Assembly: GCF_009914755.1 (NCBI RefSeq)
Contig: NC_060945.1
Length of the DNA: 64,000 nt
Reading direction: 5' to 3' (one strand)
DNA from: the human T2T-CHM13v2.0 reference genome, Homo sapiens
The notes below the pieces were generated by a model that saw only the letters and a list, made by a program, of their open reading frames with translations, had not been told where the DNA came from and searched no databases. Shown one piece after another: positions 39,630 through 54,436 of the stretch; position 1 is the first letter of the stretch, and the number at the start of each line of letters is the position of its first letter. Position numbers and translations under genes: made by a program.

Positions 39630-40105
39630 TATTTTTGCAAAGGACCACCCAAAAACATTAGAATAAACGGTGCCCAATGCTTAAACAGGGCTGTACCTTT
39701 CTTATCAGCCAGGCTAGAAAATCTCATAATTCATGGGACATTGGGTAGACTGCTTAACAAGTTTTATCTAAGTATTAGGGAATAATGAGTCCTAGAATGA
39801 GGACTGCACTTAATCTACCTAAAAACATTCAGAACAATACCAGTAAGGATCCAACTGTTTCAAAATTACTTAGTTAAATCCTCCCATGAAGCTCAGAAGT
39901 TCTTAATATTTGCAAAAATAGCCAGCACCTATTAAGGTAAAATTCAAATTGTTTTCTAAGATTATTAGTATGCAAAGAATCAGGAAAACATAAGACATAA
40001 TGAGAATATTCAATCAATGGAAATAATCCCATAATGGCCACAAATGCTACAATTTGCAAAGACATTAAAATGGTTATTATAACTACACTCCGTATGTTCA
40101 AAATG
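39630..40105 (+). mobile_element. Old L1M 5'/ORF1-proximal remnant
   Basis: tcaatcaatggaaa...aaagacattaaaatggttattataac...tatgttcaaaa. Confidence 0.5.
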
Positions 40106-40258
40106 TGTACATAAACATATGTATTTATATACATATGTATCATTTGAGTATATGCAAACACATTATATTTACATATACAACATACACACAGATGGATATA
40201 GAACAAATTATAGATGTTTGTATAAATGTTTTATTTCATAGACATGCATCCCTATTTC

Positions 40259-40746
40259 TGGAAGGAAAAAATGGCTTCCCTCTGCCCTCCTAGGTTCTTT
40301 AGGCTGTGAATTAAGTTGACATAAGGCAGATTAAAAGGAGTGAAGCTACATTTAGTTGTGTATGTATACATGGGAGTCCCAAAAAAGTATGAGATTCAAA
40401 GAATGGTCAGATTAATAAGGATTATAAAGCTTCATTAGCTACAGAAAGAAAGAAGGGTTTGATGAAGCTTTTGGGGGTGATTTTGGAGTCAAGCACTATA
40501 AAAGGGTAGGGGGAGGAAATGTATGGTGAATAAGATTGCATTATATTCTGATAAGAGTCTCTCAGGTAATAAAAGTTGCCTCTGAGCCGTTTTCCTCCTG
40601 GTATAGTCAGTTTTTGTACATACAAACTTTCTTTACAAAAGGGCAGCTTTTCCGAACTACCCATGTGTTCGCAGTTTCTCAAAATAACTAGCTAATAATC
40701 AATTTGCAAAGAAGAGTATTTTGGGATAGTGTCCTGAACCCCAACA
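40259..40746 (-). mobile_element. MER34-family LTR
   Basis: ttgacataaggcagattaa, catgggagtccc, aaagggcagctttt, tattttggg...cctgaaccccaaca. Confidence 0.75.
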
Positions 40747-41015
40747 CTTCTACTGAGTCAGTCTAGCAACAGTGATAACCCAAAAACAATGAACACACCC
40801 AAATAATATAACTTGTTTCTAAATACCATTCATGGTAAAAGTAACAAGGACTATAATTTTAAGGCTTGGACAGGGTATATATGAGTCTAGATAATCTTAT
40901 ACTACCAGAAAGAAGAGAAGTGACCACAAAATAAAAAGAAAGAGAGCATGTCAAAGGGATAGGGGGTAAAACTGAAAGAGCTCCCAATGGTGAGACATTG
41001 GAACAATTTGTACTA
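40747..41015 (+). mobile_element. L1MC-like 3' fragment
   Basis: gtttctaaataccatt...gcatgtcaaaggga...ctgaaagagctcccaatgg...ggaacaatttg. Confidence 0.7.
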
Positions 41016-41036
41016 CATTATTAATAGTATTGCATC

Positions 41037-41403
41037 TGTAGGGGTGGAGGGGAAGCTTCCTCTCCTTTCATCAGAGTTTCACTAAAATGACTGTCAATAG
41101 ACAGATTATTAGAAGAAAAAGGCACACAGATTTATTAACATGCATATGGACAAGGGAATCCCACAAATACGATACTCAAAGAAGGGGCAGATGGTAGAGG
41201 CTTAAATATTTTTTCCACCGGAGAGAGGAAAGTGGGCAGCTGTATGTAATTTTAGAGCAGTAGTAAATTATTTTTAGGGGAAATGAATGAACTCAAACAT
41301 TCCTGGGACAAAGTTCCTCTGAGCTCTGGGGAAGGTGGTGGGAGGGTGAGGAGTGGAACTTCACTGTGAACAAAGGTTGTCTTCTTATACAGATAAAGCC
41401 CCC
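41037..41403 (-). mobile_element. Partial MER34-family LTR
   Basis: aatagacagatta...gaaaaaggcacacagatttatt...actcaaagaagggg...aacaaaggttgtct. Confidence 0.65.
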
Positions 41404-41554
41404 CAAAAGAAATGTATGACCATCATTAGTAGTATCTAATCTGCTCTCCTCATATGTTTGTGAGAACCAAATAATATTTTAAAACACTAGAAAATATAAA
41501 ATGTTATTATGATTTTTGATACTAAATTTTTTTAACCTTGATTGTATTCTCAAT

Positions 41555-42215
41555 TTTTATTTATTTATTTTCCAACTTTTATTTTAGATTCAGGGTGTAC
41601 ATGTGCAGGTTTGTTACATGAGTAAATTGCATGTCACTGGAGTTTGGTACACAAAGTGATTTCATCACGCAGGTACTGAGCATGGTACCCAATAGGTAGT
41701 TTTTTGACCCTCACCTTCCTCCCACCCTCCACTTTCAAGTAATCCCCATTATCTATCATTCCCCTCCTTGAGTCCACGTGTACTTGATGTTTGGCCCTCA
41801 CTTACAAGTGAGATAATCTGGTATTTGGTTTTCTGTTCCTGTGTTAATTTGTCTAGGATAATGGCTTCCAGCTCCATCCATATTGCTGCAAATGACATGA
41901 TTTCACTCTTTTTATGACTGCATAGTTTCAAGCTGTATATGTACTGCATTTTCTTTACCTAGTCCACTGTCGATAGGCACCTAGGTTGATTCTATGTCTT
42001 CGCTATTTTGAATAGTGCTGCAATAAACATACAAGTGCATGTGTAGTTTTGGTAGAAATAATGATTTATATTTTGGAGGATACATATCCACTGATGGGAT
42101 TGCTGGGTCAGGTGGTAGTTCTAAGTTCTATGAGAAACCTCCAAACTGCATTACAGAGTGGCTGAACTTTACATTTCTACGAGCGGTGTATAATTGTTCC
42201 CTTTTCTCTACATCT
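41555..42215 (-). mobile_element. L1PA15/16-like 3' end
   Basis: ORF 41749-41949 resembles ORF2 end (EIMSFAAIWMELEAIIL); gtacatgtgcaggtttgttacatg...ccaataggtag. Confidence 0.88.
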
Positions 42216-42378
42216 GTTTTTTTTTTTAACTTTAATATGTTGTATTATTGGCAAGGGGGTTGCTTTTATTACATCTGTTGGTTTGTAAGGCAGAATGTGA
42301 AGTCCACGGACAACCCAATTGCAAGGTAATAAGCTCATCCACTGAGAAACTACAGGGCCAGGTTTGGTATAAGATTGA

Positions 42379-42530
42379 TGCTATAGTTGGGAAGTTTGTT
42401 CCTCTAAACATCATGTTGAAATTTGATCCTTGATGTACAAGGTAGGGCCTAATGGGGAGTTTTCAAGTCACTTGGTCAGGTGTCTCATGAATGGCTTGGT
42501 GCCATGCTCACAGAAATGAGTTATGAGTGA
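42379..42530 (+). mobile_element. MST-family LTR 5' fragment
   Basis: tgctatagttgg...catgttgaaatttgatcc...ctcatgaatggcttggtgcc. Confidence 0.7.
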
Positions 42531-42652
42531 GTAAGATGCTGCATGCACAAGGCCAATCCTTGTGGAAATCACTGCTATGAAGAAAAAATATAAGGTAATG
42601 AATAAAATAAACAGTACTCAAGAGAATAACTTATGCATCTTTAATGTGTTTC

Positions 42653-42693
42653 GTGTGTGTGTGTGTGTGTGTGTGTCTGTGTATGTGTATGTG
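42653..42693. repeat. (GT)n microsatellite
   Basis: About 12 pure GT units followed by degenerate units. Confidence 0.9.
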
Positions 42694-43035
42694 AGACTTG
42701 TTTTCCTTCTCTTCTATATGATATATAAATTAACTACTTGAAGAAAAAAATGCTGCTCTATTTTATTAGCATATTCAAAAGGCTACCAGAATAGTCACTT
42801 TTGTAAACTGCAGTCTAGCTTTTAAAAGGGAGAGATAAAATTATGATGACTCCAACAGTTATGCTAGGTGTTAAGACAAAGAAATTTTCACAATGATGTT
42901 AACAGAAATGCATTCCGGAATTAGAACCTGCCATTTTATGCCAATATGAGCATTTGCAAAATAAAATATTTTAGTATTTGATTACTTGCAGCTTAATTTT
43001 ATAGTTCATGATAATGCAGGATGCTCCTTAGTTCA

Positions 43036-43641
<606 letters not shown>

Positions 43642-43688
43642 TTATTTCCCTTACTGCACATGTGTTAAGGGACAGAATTTTTCACCAT

Positions 43689-43708
43689 GGGCATGTATAG
43701 GCAAGCCC
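43689..43708. promoter_or_regulatory. p53 response element within MER61 LTR
   Basis: GGGCATGTAT AGGCAAGCCC = 19/20 match to RRRCWWGYYY x2 with no spacer. Confidence 0.7.
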
Positions 43709-44334
43709 TCTGTGCAGAATCACCTGGGTGGCATTTGGTTGTCTCCTATCTCTATCAATGATACTGAGGCAAATATAGTATAACACAGGTGGCATGTTGT
43801 AAAACAGAGTAATTCGAAATTGGAAATTAACTTATTATCAAAAAAATAATTTCTTCTCTCAGTGGAATAATTTAGTCAACTTCCTTATGACAGCAATTTG
43901 TGACAACTGAGGTTAGACAAAGTTGGAACCTAAATTTACTGTAAGTAAAGGTTGCCATTATGCTTTATATGCTGAAAAGGCATTGAAGAAACCCATATTT
44001 GTCAACTTTTGAGGCAACATGTACACATTACATACATTGTGTGCTTAGTACATGCATGTGCTTATGTGCTAAGAAGAACCCTACGTGAGCAAACAATGAT
44101 CTTTTCCTAAAAAAGAGTTCCTGACCACTAAGCAAAAATTCATGCAGGTATGCTCACAAAGAAAAAAAAAATAGATGTAAAAATGACACAATTTATTACA
44201 GGTATTAATTCGAATGGTCAGTAGGAGAAGCAACAAGGAAGTAATAACTGGTAGCACTCTAGAGCCCACAGGCAAATGCTGGAATTCTCTAGCACAGATA
44301 ATCCTGTAATCATGTAATAATTTGATCTTTTGAG

Positions 44335-44485
44335 ATAATGAACTCACTCCTGAAATAACTGTATCAATCCATTGATGAGGGCTGAGCACTTATGATCTAA
44401 TCACCTCTTAGGTGTCCTATTAATGCCATCACATTGGGGATAAAGTTTCAACACAAGTTTTGAAGGAGAAATTCAAACTGTAGCA
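44335..44485 (-). mobile_element. MST/MLT1A LTR fragment
   Basis: aatccattgatgagggc...taatcacctctta...aagtttcaacac...attcaaactgtagca. Confidence 0.7.
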
Positions 44486-44778
44486 CTGAATAAGCCGAAA
44501 GAGTGTCAGTTTTAAATAATTAAAATGCTTACCTCAAGTCATTGCACATAATGAATCACTTTTTTGTGCCTGATCTGAATTATTTTCTCACTGCTTTTAG
44601 CAGTAAGGACAAGATAAACCAAAAATTGGAGATCGACTATGTGTGTTGAAGAGCTTCATTGACTGAATTTAGAGTCTCCCAAGTTCTTGAAAGTGAAAGG
44701 TATGGCTTGGAATGGGAAAGAGGGATACCTACACCATTGATTTGGACATATCTCCAAGGTTATAGAAAGTTTGAATAC

Positions 44779-44946
44779 CAGGAGTTAGTAAACTAATGTC
44801 CATGGCCAGATAGGTCCACAGCCTCTTTTTGTGTAGCCATTGAGCTAAGAATTGTACATTTTTTTTAATGAATTGTGCAAAAGAAAACAGAATAATTTGC
44901 CTAACATACTATTTTTACTTTTGCAGAAAAAGTTTGCCAATCCCTG
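44779..44946 (+). mobile_element. MER58-like hAT-Charlie element
   Basis: Terminal inverted repeats caggagttagtaaact / agtttgccaatccctg; gagctaagaat core. Confidence 0.7.
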
Positions 44947-46386
44947 ACCTAATGCCCCTAGAAAAACATCTTCCTTTCAATTTTCTTTGCCAGAGTAAGG
45001 AAAAAATCCCCCTCTTTCACTCATATCTATGTGCCAACGCTGTAATCAGATACTAATCAGTATCAGCATTTCTTGTGGGGTAGAATGAAAACAACCTTAG
45101 TGAGTAAGACAAGATGTATTTCCAGAAAGAATTGCTGGATTTTGTTGATTTATATTGTCAGAATTGTCGGAAATACTTCCTGGAGTTCATGCCAAGGAAG
45201 AAAATGTTGAACTGTGGATTCAGATATTTTTTAAATATCTATGTGGGTTTGTAAAATGTAATGTGTGTCTGTATTTGGTGTACTAGTTGGTGCAGGGAGC
45301 CAAAATTCCAAAAATTTGCAGTTTGACAAGATTCATAATGGTACTTCAAACCAGGAAAGTAAGTTGAAGATACTGCAAATGAAATGTACTCTCTCATCTC
45401 AGCAGGAATGGGAGGGAATTTGCAGAGCCAATGTGGTAACCATTAAGTAACTTCTAGCTTCTGGAATAAAGAATCTTAAATTCCACAATAGTCTGTGTTA
45501 AGGTGACTTCTCTGTTAGGTCCCCAGGGAGGAAGTAGCAGAGGGCAAGGGTCCTACTTAGTGTTTCTATCAGTTAGAGGAAACAATTCAAGCTTTCAAAG
45601 CACCACATTTGCATTTAACTCCATCAAGTCACAGAAGTGATAATACCAGTAGCCTGAATTGTAGTCTCCTAGACTTGGTGCATTAGTATTAGGTATACTA
45701 GCTGAGTCAGTGTGGATTAAAATAATTTAATTTACTCATACTTTGTTGCAACCACATTGTCAAAGGCATATGTATTTTTTTCTGACGTATTTCCAAGCAC
45801 TTAGGTTTAGTATATTCTTTTTAATTTATGACCCCAGGCCATGCACTAGTGACATATTTTTATCCATTAAACAAAGACTTACTAACCTCTTTCAGAGACA
45901 TCAGTTCAGTAGGGAATTCAATATATAATGGTGTTCACTTGAACCTTTATTACTCTACTTCAGTTGCATGTAGTTCTTTTAAAAAAATATGGTCATTAAC
46001 ATGGAAGTGGAATAAAACAGAAGCCCAAAGCTTTAAATTTGGATGTCCTCAGTCAAGAATAAAAATGTATGTCTGTATGCATGCCTATTATTTTAAATGT
46101 GTATTAAACAGTCTATTAAGCAATATGGATTCTGTCCTCCCTCCACTTTCACAAGTTTATTTTTAAAATGACAGAGATGGTCAGATTTAAACTTAGATTT
46201 CATGTATTTTTTTTTGTTCTAGGCCAGAACAAGGCATTGTGGAACAAACCAGTCCTGTGTTCCATCAACCTTTTTCAGTTTGCTCTCCTTTTCCTACAAT
46301 GGGTCTTGTGTGGGCATATGTATACATCTCAGTCTGCTTGTCAAAAATCCATCTAAGTGTCTGTCCCTTGGCCACCATTTGGACTC

Positions 46387-46438
46387 CTGATGTGGACACT
46401 GGTGTATTCTGATGTGGACACTGGTGTATTCTGATGTG
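46387..46438. repeat. Perfect 22-bp tandem duplication (2.4 copies)
   Basis: ctgatgtggacactggtgtatt x2 plus ctgatgtg. Confidence 0.95.
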
Positions 46439-47438
46439 AAGGAGAGAAAAAGAAAATATGTTTGCACAGATAATGGAAATAGTTATGGTGTTATTGGGGA
46501 AGAGAATTCCATGATCTCATAATTGCGTATGCCAAAAGGAAAGGCTGGAATTGCATAGGCAATGTACATCTTATTATTAGCCATTTTTGCTTCTGTTTTT
46601 AGGCTCTCTACATTGTGAGAAAGAGCCAAGGGGCCACTCTTCTAATAGAATTAAAGTCTAACGGCAGTGTATGCTCAGAAGCTGGTGTAGCAGCTAGGAG
46701 AAAGTCTCACTTTAGTCTTAACCAGACTATCTGTTCCATTGTACGGTCATATGGCCACAGCAATATAAACAAATGGCAGTGTCCTTGCCAACTGCTTTTA
46801 TATAATTTTAAATACATGTAGCATATATATATATATTTAGTATATATGTTTACTATACTAAACATATATCAAGGTTAACAAAGGTATAACAACTTACACA
46901 GCGATTCCCAGGCTTACAGGCTTTACAACTATACACAGCAAAGAATTTTTATATACCTATTAATTAACATAAAATTATTCCCAATTCATCCACTAATACA
47001 TTTCCTTTTAATCCGTGTGCTGCAATATCTGAGTGGATGAAGAACAAATGGTCACAGTATTGAATATTTAATTAATTAATGGTCTCTTTATTCTGTTCAG
47101 TTCCAACAGCCTGGAATTTGTATTATCAGTGGAGTTGCATGTAAAGAGAACATAATTAGTACTGATTCATATCACTTGTAATGCCCTAAAAGAGCTGCAC
47201 ACTAGTTAGACACTCTCATTTAGATTCCTAGAGCTGCCTTTATGTCTACTTCCCTAGTTGTGGTTGGGAAGCTTTTCCTTAAATTATACTATTTCAAAAT
47301 TAAATAATCAACATCATCATCATCATAATCATCAACGTTGTTGCTTTCATTATTCAGAATTTGTCTCAGCAGCCTGTGTAATATTTACTCGTAGCCTTGG
47401 CTGGGTAAAGAATTTGATTCAAAGAATTCATTGGTTCA

Positions 47439-48935
47439 ATTTTTATTATTATTATTATTATTATACTTTAAGTTCTAGGGTACATGTGCACAACGTGCAG
47501 GTTTGTTACATATGTATACACGTGCCATGTTGGTGTGCTGCACCCATTAACTCATCACTTACATTAGGAATATCTCCTAATGTTACCCCTCCCCCTTCTC
47601 CCCACCCCATGACAGGCCCCATTGTGTGATGTTCCCCTTCCTGTGTCTAAGTGTTTTCATTGTTCAATTCTTACCTATGAGTGAGAACATGCGGTGTTTG
47701 GTTTTCTGTCCCTGTGATAGTTTGCTGAGAATGATGGTTTCCAGCTTCATCCATGTCCCTACAAAGGACATGAACTCATCCTTTTTTATGGCGGAATAGT
47801 ATTCCATAGTGTATGTGTGCCACATTTTCCTAATCCAGTCTGTCATTGATGGACATTTGGGTTGGTTCCAAGTCTGCTATTGTGAATAGTGCCCCAATAA
47901 ACATACGTGTGCATGTGCCTTTACAGAAGCATTATTTATAAACCTTTCGATACATACCCAGTAATGGGATGGCTGGGTCAAATGGTATTTCTAGTTCTAG
48001 ATCCTTGAGGAATTGCCACACTGTCTTCCACAATGGTTGAACTAGCTTACAGACCCACCACAGTGTAAAAGTGTTCCTATTTCTCCACATCCTCTCCAGC
48101 ACCTGTTGTTTCCTGACTTTTTAATGGTTGCCATTCTAACTGGTGTGAGATGGTATCTCATTGTGGTTTTGATTTGCATTTCTCTGATGGCCAGTGATGA
48201 CGAGCATTTTTTCATGTGTCTATTGGCTGCATAAATGTCTTCTTTTGAGAAGTGTCTGTTCATATCCTTTGCCCACTTTTTGATGGGGTTGTTTGATTTT
48301 TTTCTTGTAAATTTCTTTAAGTTCTTTGTAGATTCTAGATATTAGCCCTTTGTCAGATGAGTAGATTGCAAAAATTTTCTCCCATTCTGTAGGTTGCCTG
48401 TTCACTCTGATGGTAGTTTCTTTTGCTGTGCAGAAGCTCTTTAGTTTAATTAGATCCCATTTGTCAATTTTGGCTTTTGTTGCCATTGCTTTTGGTGTTT
48501 TAGTCATGAAGTCCTTGCCCATGCCTATGCCCTGAATGGTATTGCCTAGGTTTTCTTCTACGGTTTTTATGGTTTTAGGTCTAACATTTAAGTCTTTAAT
48601 CCATCTTGAATTAATTTTTATAAGATGTAAGGAAGGGATCCAGTTGCAGCTTTCTACATATGGCTAGCCAGTTTTCCCAGCACCATTTATTAAATAGGGA
48701 ATCCTTTCCCCATTTCTTGTTTTTATCAGGTTTGCCAAAGATCAGATGGTTGTAGACGTGTGGTATTATTTCTGAGGGATCTGTTCTGTTCCGTTGGTCT
48801 ATACCTCTGTTTTGGTACCAGTACCATGCTGTTTTGGTTACTGTAACCTTGTGGTATAGTTTGAAGTCAGGTAGCGTGATGCCTCCAGCTTTGTTCTTTT
48901 GGCTTAGGATTGTCTTGGCAATGCGGGCTCTTTTT
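47439..48935 (-). mobile_element. 5'-truncated L1PA (PA5-like), ~1.5 kb, ORF2 fragmented
   Basis: ORFs 48611-48949, 48220-48522, 48042-48263 and 47664-47846 are consecutive L1 ORF2 pieces ([35 protein letters not shown]); (att)n tail. Confidence 0.96.
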
Positions 48936-48994
48936 ATTAGAACATGCATTCAATTGTTCACTAAAATCTCATTTTCTCATAATAAGTTCTTATA

Positions 48995-50270
48995 CTGAAG
49001 AGTAATTTAACAAATTCAACACCTTCATAAAAACTTTCAGCAACTAGAGATAGAAGAGAAATTCCTCACCCTGATAATGGGAAACCTATATACAACCCAC
49101 ACCCTCCTAGTCTTGAAAGACTGAACACTTACTACCACTTTAATTCACTACTATGTGGGAGATCCTGCATACATGCATATAGATTGGAAAATAAGTAAAA
49201 CATATTTTTTTTACAAACATTATTGTGTATGTAGAAAAGGCTAAGTAATTGATGCAACAATCTAGTAACAGTTAAAATTTAAGTTTGCAAGATACAAAAT
49301 TACCATACAAATAACAATTGTATGCCCATGAGCTAGTAATTAAAATGAAAATACTTTCTAAATATAAAATTTTAATACCATAAAATATGAATAACTACAA
49401 ATAAATTTTACACAGTATATGTAATAACTGTACACTGAAAACCATAACATTTCCCTGGGGAAACTTAAAAAGAATACAAATTAGAGTAGAGATATGCTTT
49501 CTAGGTTAGAAGCATACTGTTGTTAAAATTTCAATTGTGTAAATTTCATCTATGAATGCAAAGCAATTTCAATCAAAATCCTAGGAGACGTTTCTTTTTT
49601 AGTTGAAATGGACAACTATAAAATTTATGTGAAAATGCAAAGGGCCAAAGCAGACAAAGTATTTTTGAAAAATAAAGTTGCTGGAGGATTTATACTACCT
49701 GGCTTTAATAGTTAATACAAAATTCATTTCAAGAGTTAATGAAGACAGGTGGGCTTAAACTATTCTAAAGTATATTTTACTTTATATATTTTTTGAATAA
49801 AGTCAGATACTCTCACTCAGTTTTTAAATTAACTCAACAGATAATTTTCTATCTCTACCACTACCCTGAAACTTCACTAAAATTAGAACCAAGTTTCCCT
49901 TCATAAGTAAGATCTGTATCTTCATAGACACTTGTACAGAGTTGATTTGGCCAATTGTTTTTTAATAAAGATACCAAGATAATTCAAAGAGAGAAGGATA
50001 GGTTTTCCAAAATATCATGCTGAAAGAACTGATTAACCAAATGGAATATATATAAATACGTGTGTGTGTGTGTGTGTCTGTCTGTGTGTATAAATTATAA
50101 ACCTTATACAAAACATTTTTTAAAAAAGTAGCTTACGTGTAAGTTAAATATAATAGCTGATTCTAAAACATTACTGAAAGAAAACATAGGAAAAAGTTCT
50201 TATAACCTTAGGTAGGACAAAAAGGCATTAATAACTAAAAATAAATAAACAAATAAAAAAGAATATTGAT
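48995..50270 (+). mobile_element. Decayed L1M ORF2 region
   Basis: acaaattcaacacc, gattggaaa, ttcaatcaaaatcc, aaatttatgtgaaaatgcaaagg, aagaaaacatagga motifs. Confidence 0.7.
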
Positions 50271-50343
50271 GCTGTTTACATGCCAAATCTTGGAATTCTC
50301 GACTTCAGCCATAACCATCTCTCTGCTTAGATTCATTCCCTGC

Positions 50344-50791
50344 TATATTAAATCCCTGGAGCTTGCGTAACAAATTACCACAGGCCAGGTGACTGAAAGC
50401 AGCAGGGATTTGTTCTCTCACAGTTTTGCAGGGCAAAATTTAGAAATCAAGTGTTGCTAGGTCCATGCTTCCTTTGAAGGCTTTAGGGAAGCATCCTTCC
50501 AAGCTTCCTAGCTTCTGGTGGCTTCTAGCAATCATCGGTATCCCTTGGTCTGTAGCTGAATAACTCCAATCTCTGTCTCTCTTATCATATGACCTTCTTT
50601 CCTATGCATATCTCTGTGTCTCTTCTTCCCTTTTTATTAAGTACACTAAGTATTGATTTTAGGACCCACCCTAATCTAGTGTGACATCATCTTAACTAAT
50701 TACATCTGCAAAGGCCGTATTTCCACATAAGGTCACATTGTGAGGTCCTGGGTAGACATGAATTTTTGAGGGACACCATGCAATTCAATAC
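50344..50791 (-). mobile_element. MLT1C-like solo LTR
   Basis: taacaaattaccaca...ctagcttctggtgg...attacatctgcaaag...ataaggtcacatt. Confidence 0.85.
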
Positions 50792-50954
50792 TCTTACCTA
50801 GGATGTTTTCTTTACTCCCTTACATATGTTTCCTTTCCTAAGGATATTCCATTAACAAATGATGTCTCACGCTATGCTTTTAATGAATTTGTCCCTAAGA
50901 CAATGTTATATCCCTGGAAACTACCAAAGTGTTTGGCACATAATGGATACATAA

Positions 50955-51307
50955 CTAAGTATCCCTTATCTGCAAGGAATATGTTCCAAGACCCCCAGTG
51001 AATTCCTGAAATGGCGAATAGCATCAAACTATGTAAATACTCTTTTGCGATGTGGTAATCAAGTTGGCTACTAAGTGACTAAAGGGTAGGTAGTGTCTAC
51101 AGCATAATATGCTAGACAATGGGATGATTCAGATCCTGGGAAAGACATAGTGATATGGCATGGGATTTCTTCATGCTACTCAGAAAGGCTACAATTTAAA
51201 ATGTGTATTTTTTATTTCTGGAATTTTCCATTTAATATTTTTAGACCGCATTTGACTGCAGTTAACTGTAACCATGAAAAGAGGAACCACTAAGGGAGGA
51301 TGACTAT
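50955..51307 (+). mobile_element. MER44 (Tigger7-derived)
   Basis: cccttatctgc...gttccaagacccccagtg...ggctactaagtgactaa...ttctggaattttccatttaatattt. Confidence 0.85.
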
Positions 51308-51308
51308 A

Positions 51309-51332
51309 TGTGTGTGTGTGTGTGTGTGTGTG
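51309..51332. repeat. (TG)12 microsatellite
   Basis: Direct observation. Confidence 0.9.
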
Positions 51333-51913
51333 TCTGCACGCGCATGAATGATAAAAAGTGGAACCTATCAGGAATTTGGGAAATATGTGTGAACAGGATC
51401 CAGTAAATATGAGAAGAAAGTGCATAGGTGATAGTTTTGATTGGGGCATAATCTTGGCAACAATTTCTGGAGGCAAATTTGGCCTATGAAACACTGAAAG
51501 CTATTTATTAAGTACCTGCTATTAAAGCAAGATATGTTAGTAGAACAATACTGACAAATATTTCTGCCCTTAGGAAGGTTACATTTTAGTGAAAAAGCAT
51601 ATGAAATATTTACATTCTCTAAAAGTGAGTATGTTATAAGTGCTATGAAAAAATGCTCAAGAAAAAGATGTCTGGAGGATAACGTATGGTGGGATAAATT
51701 GTGTTATGTTTAGAGCATAGTACAGTGTTACTCAGATTGCCAGATGACAGCGATTGCCTATTCAAATCAGAGGTGGACAAACTTGCAGGGGCTCAAGTGC
51801 CTGAAAAAATGGCAAATTCACAAGGCCTGACAAGATGGCAAGGCAATTACAGGTTGTATTGTACAGAAAACAGTAATCTACCAGTGACTTTAAAACTCAC
51901 ACTTGAGAGCTGC

Positions 51914-52414
51914 TCTGATGATCAGTTTTAAAGTGTCAACTTGACCGGGAAATGGGTTGCCCAGATATTTGCTTAAACATTACTTCTGAATGTGTCTGTG
52001 AGGATGTTTCTGGGTGAGATTAACATTTAAATCAGTAGACTGAGTAGATTGTCCTCCTCCATGTGGATGGGCCTCATCTAATCTGTTGAAGACGTGGATA
52101 GAATAAAAGGCTGAGTAAGAAAGAATTATTTCTCTCTGCCTTACTGTTTCAAACTGGGACATCAGTCTTCTGTCTTCGGGCTTGGATTCAGACTGCAACT
52201 ATACCATGAACTCTCCTGAGTCTCCAGCTTGCCAACTGTAGACAATGAACTTTCCACTTAATTCATAAGCCGATTCCTAATAATAAATCTGTATCTATGT
52301 CTATATCTATATGTATGTATGTCTGTCTGTCTATATATCTATCTATCTATCTATCTATCGATCTATCTATCTACCTATCCAATTGGTTCTGTTTCTCTGA
52401 AGAAACCAACTATA
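51914..52414 (+). mobile_element. MLT2-family solo LTR containing a (TCTA)n tract at 52290-52379
   Basis: gtgtcaacttgac...gtgtctgtgaggatgtttc...gggcctcatc...attggttctgtttctctg. Confidence 0.87.
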
Positions 52415-53007
52415 ATGACTTTGTTGGAGATTTGGAGATCTGTATTTCTAACATGGCATCCCATCCAAATTAAATTGTTATTAAATTTCTCCTGGTTATA
52501 TTTTTTACCCATGAGGGAAATTACATATTACTTACAATAGAGATGAAAACAGAAAGAGCATAAAACAAGTGAAGCCTGTCAAATGGAGGGAAAAGACACT
52601 GACATGGTCGGTTATCACCAAGTTACATTATCAACTCCATGTAAAACTCTTATAGGTTTCACTACTTCCCAAGTCAATAAAGACTCCAAAAGTAAAAGAA
52701 GGTCATTTGATAAAACAAGAAAATAAACCTATCTTAATTGTTCATAATGATTTTGTTTTGCATTTTAACCATTTTTTTTTTATTATCCTCACAAATAATA
52801 ACACTAAGTCAAGTCATGAGTCAAATACTAATCTTTAGGCCAAGACAAAACAACCAACTATATGCCTCTTCAAATTATTTAAAAAATGATAAAATTAAGG
52901 AATTTGAAATATTATCTATATGTGTAGAATCTGTGAGAGAAACAAAATAATTTCCTACTTCAGCCATTGTATATATACTAGCTTTGTTTGAATTGTCATC
53001 TTACTAA

Positions 53008-53289
<282 letters not shown>

Positions 53290-53835
53290 TAAGACCAGAA
53301 AAGAAAAACAGTGGGCAATTTCCTTTTCACCTCATTTTATCTATGCAACTCTATACCATTTTCATTTTAGGAGACTATAGAAGTGTGGAGTCTATTTTCA
53401 GGTATATCTATAATTACCAATTTTATTCTAATATATCAGCAAAATTCTTTCACATGACCACATGAGTCAGGAATCTGGGGACTATGTTAATCACATTATA
53501 AAACAGAAACACTCTGAAAGGTCAGTTCCTTCTTGCCTAATCCGATATTCAGAGCCTGTTCCTGAGTCACGGTAGGACAGGAAAAAAAACAACTGATGTA
53601 AAGTTTCCTGAAGTGTTTAATCAACACAATCCAGACTAAAGCCTGAAAAAACATTTACTGTCAATGTCCATTAGCCTAGGAGAGTTTTCTGAGCTCATAG
53701 AAGAAAAGAGGCTGTTTTCCTTCACCAAACAAGAGGGCACCTTGCTCATTCATTCTGGGTCCTTAAGAAAAAAAAGTGGATGAATTTTGTATGTTTAAAA
53801 CAGGCAAGGAAAAAAAGAAAGCAAAAATATATTTA

Positions 53836-54436
<601 letters not shown>

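Noticed and set aside
46387-46438. CRISPR-like direct repeats
   Set aside because: Adjacent copies with no spacer, only two units, eukaryotic context.
46829-46869. Overlapping inverted repeats similar in topology to 37504-37633
   Set aside because: Embedded in (TA)n low-complexity sequence that is self-complementary by nature.
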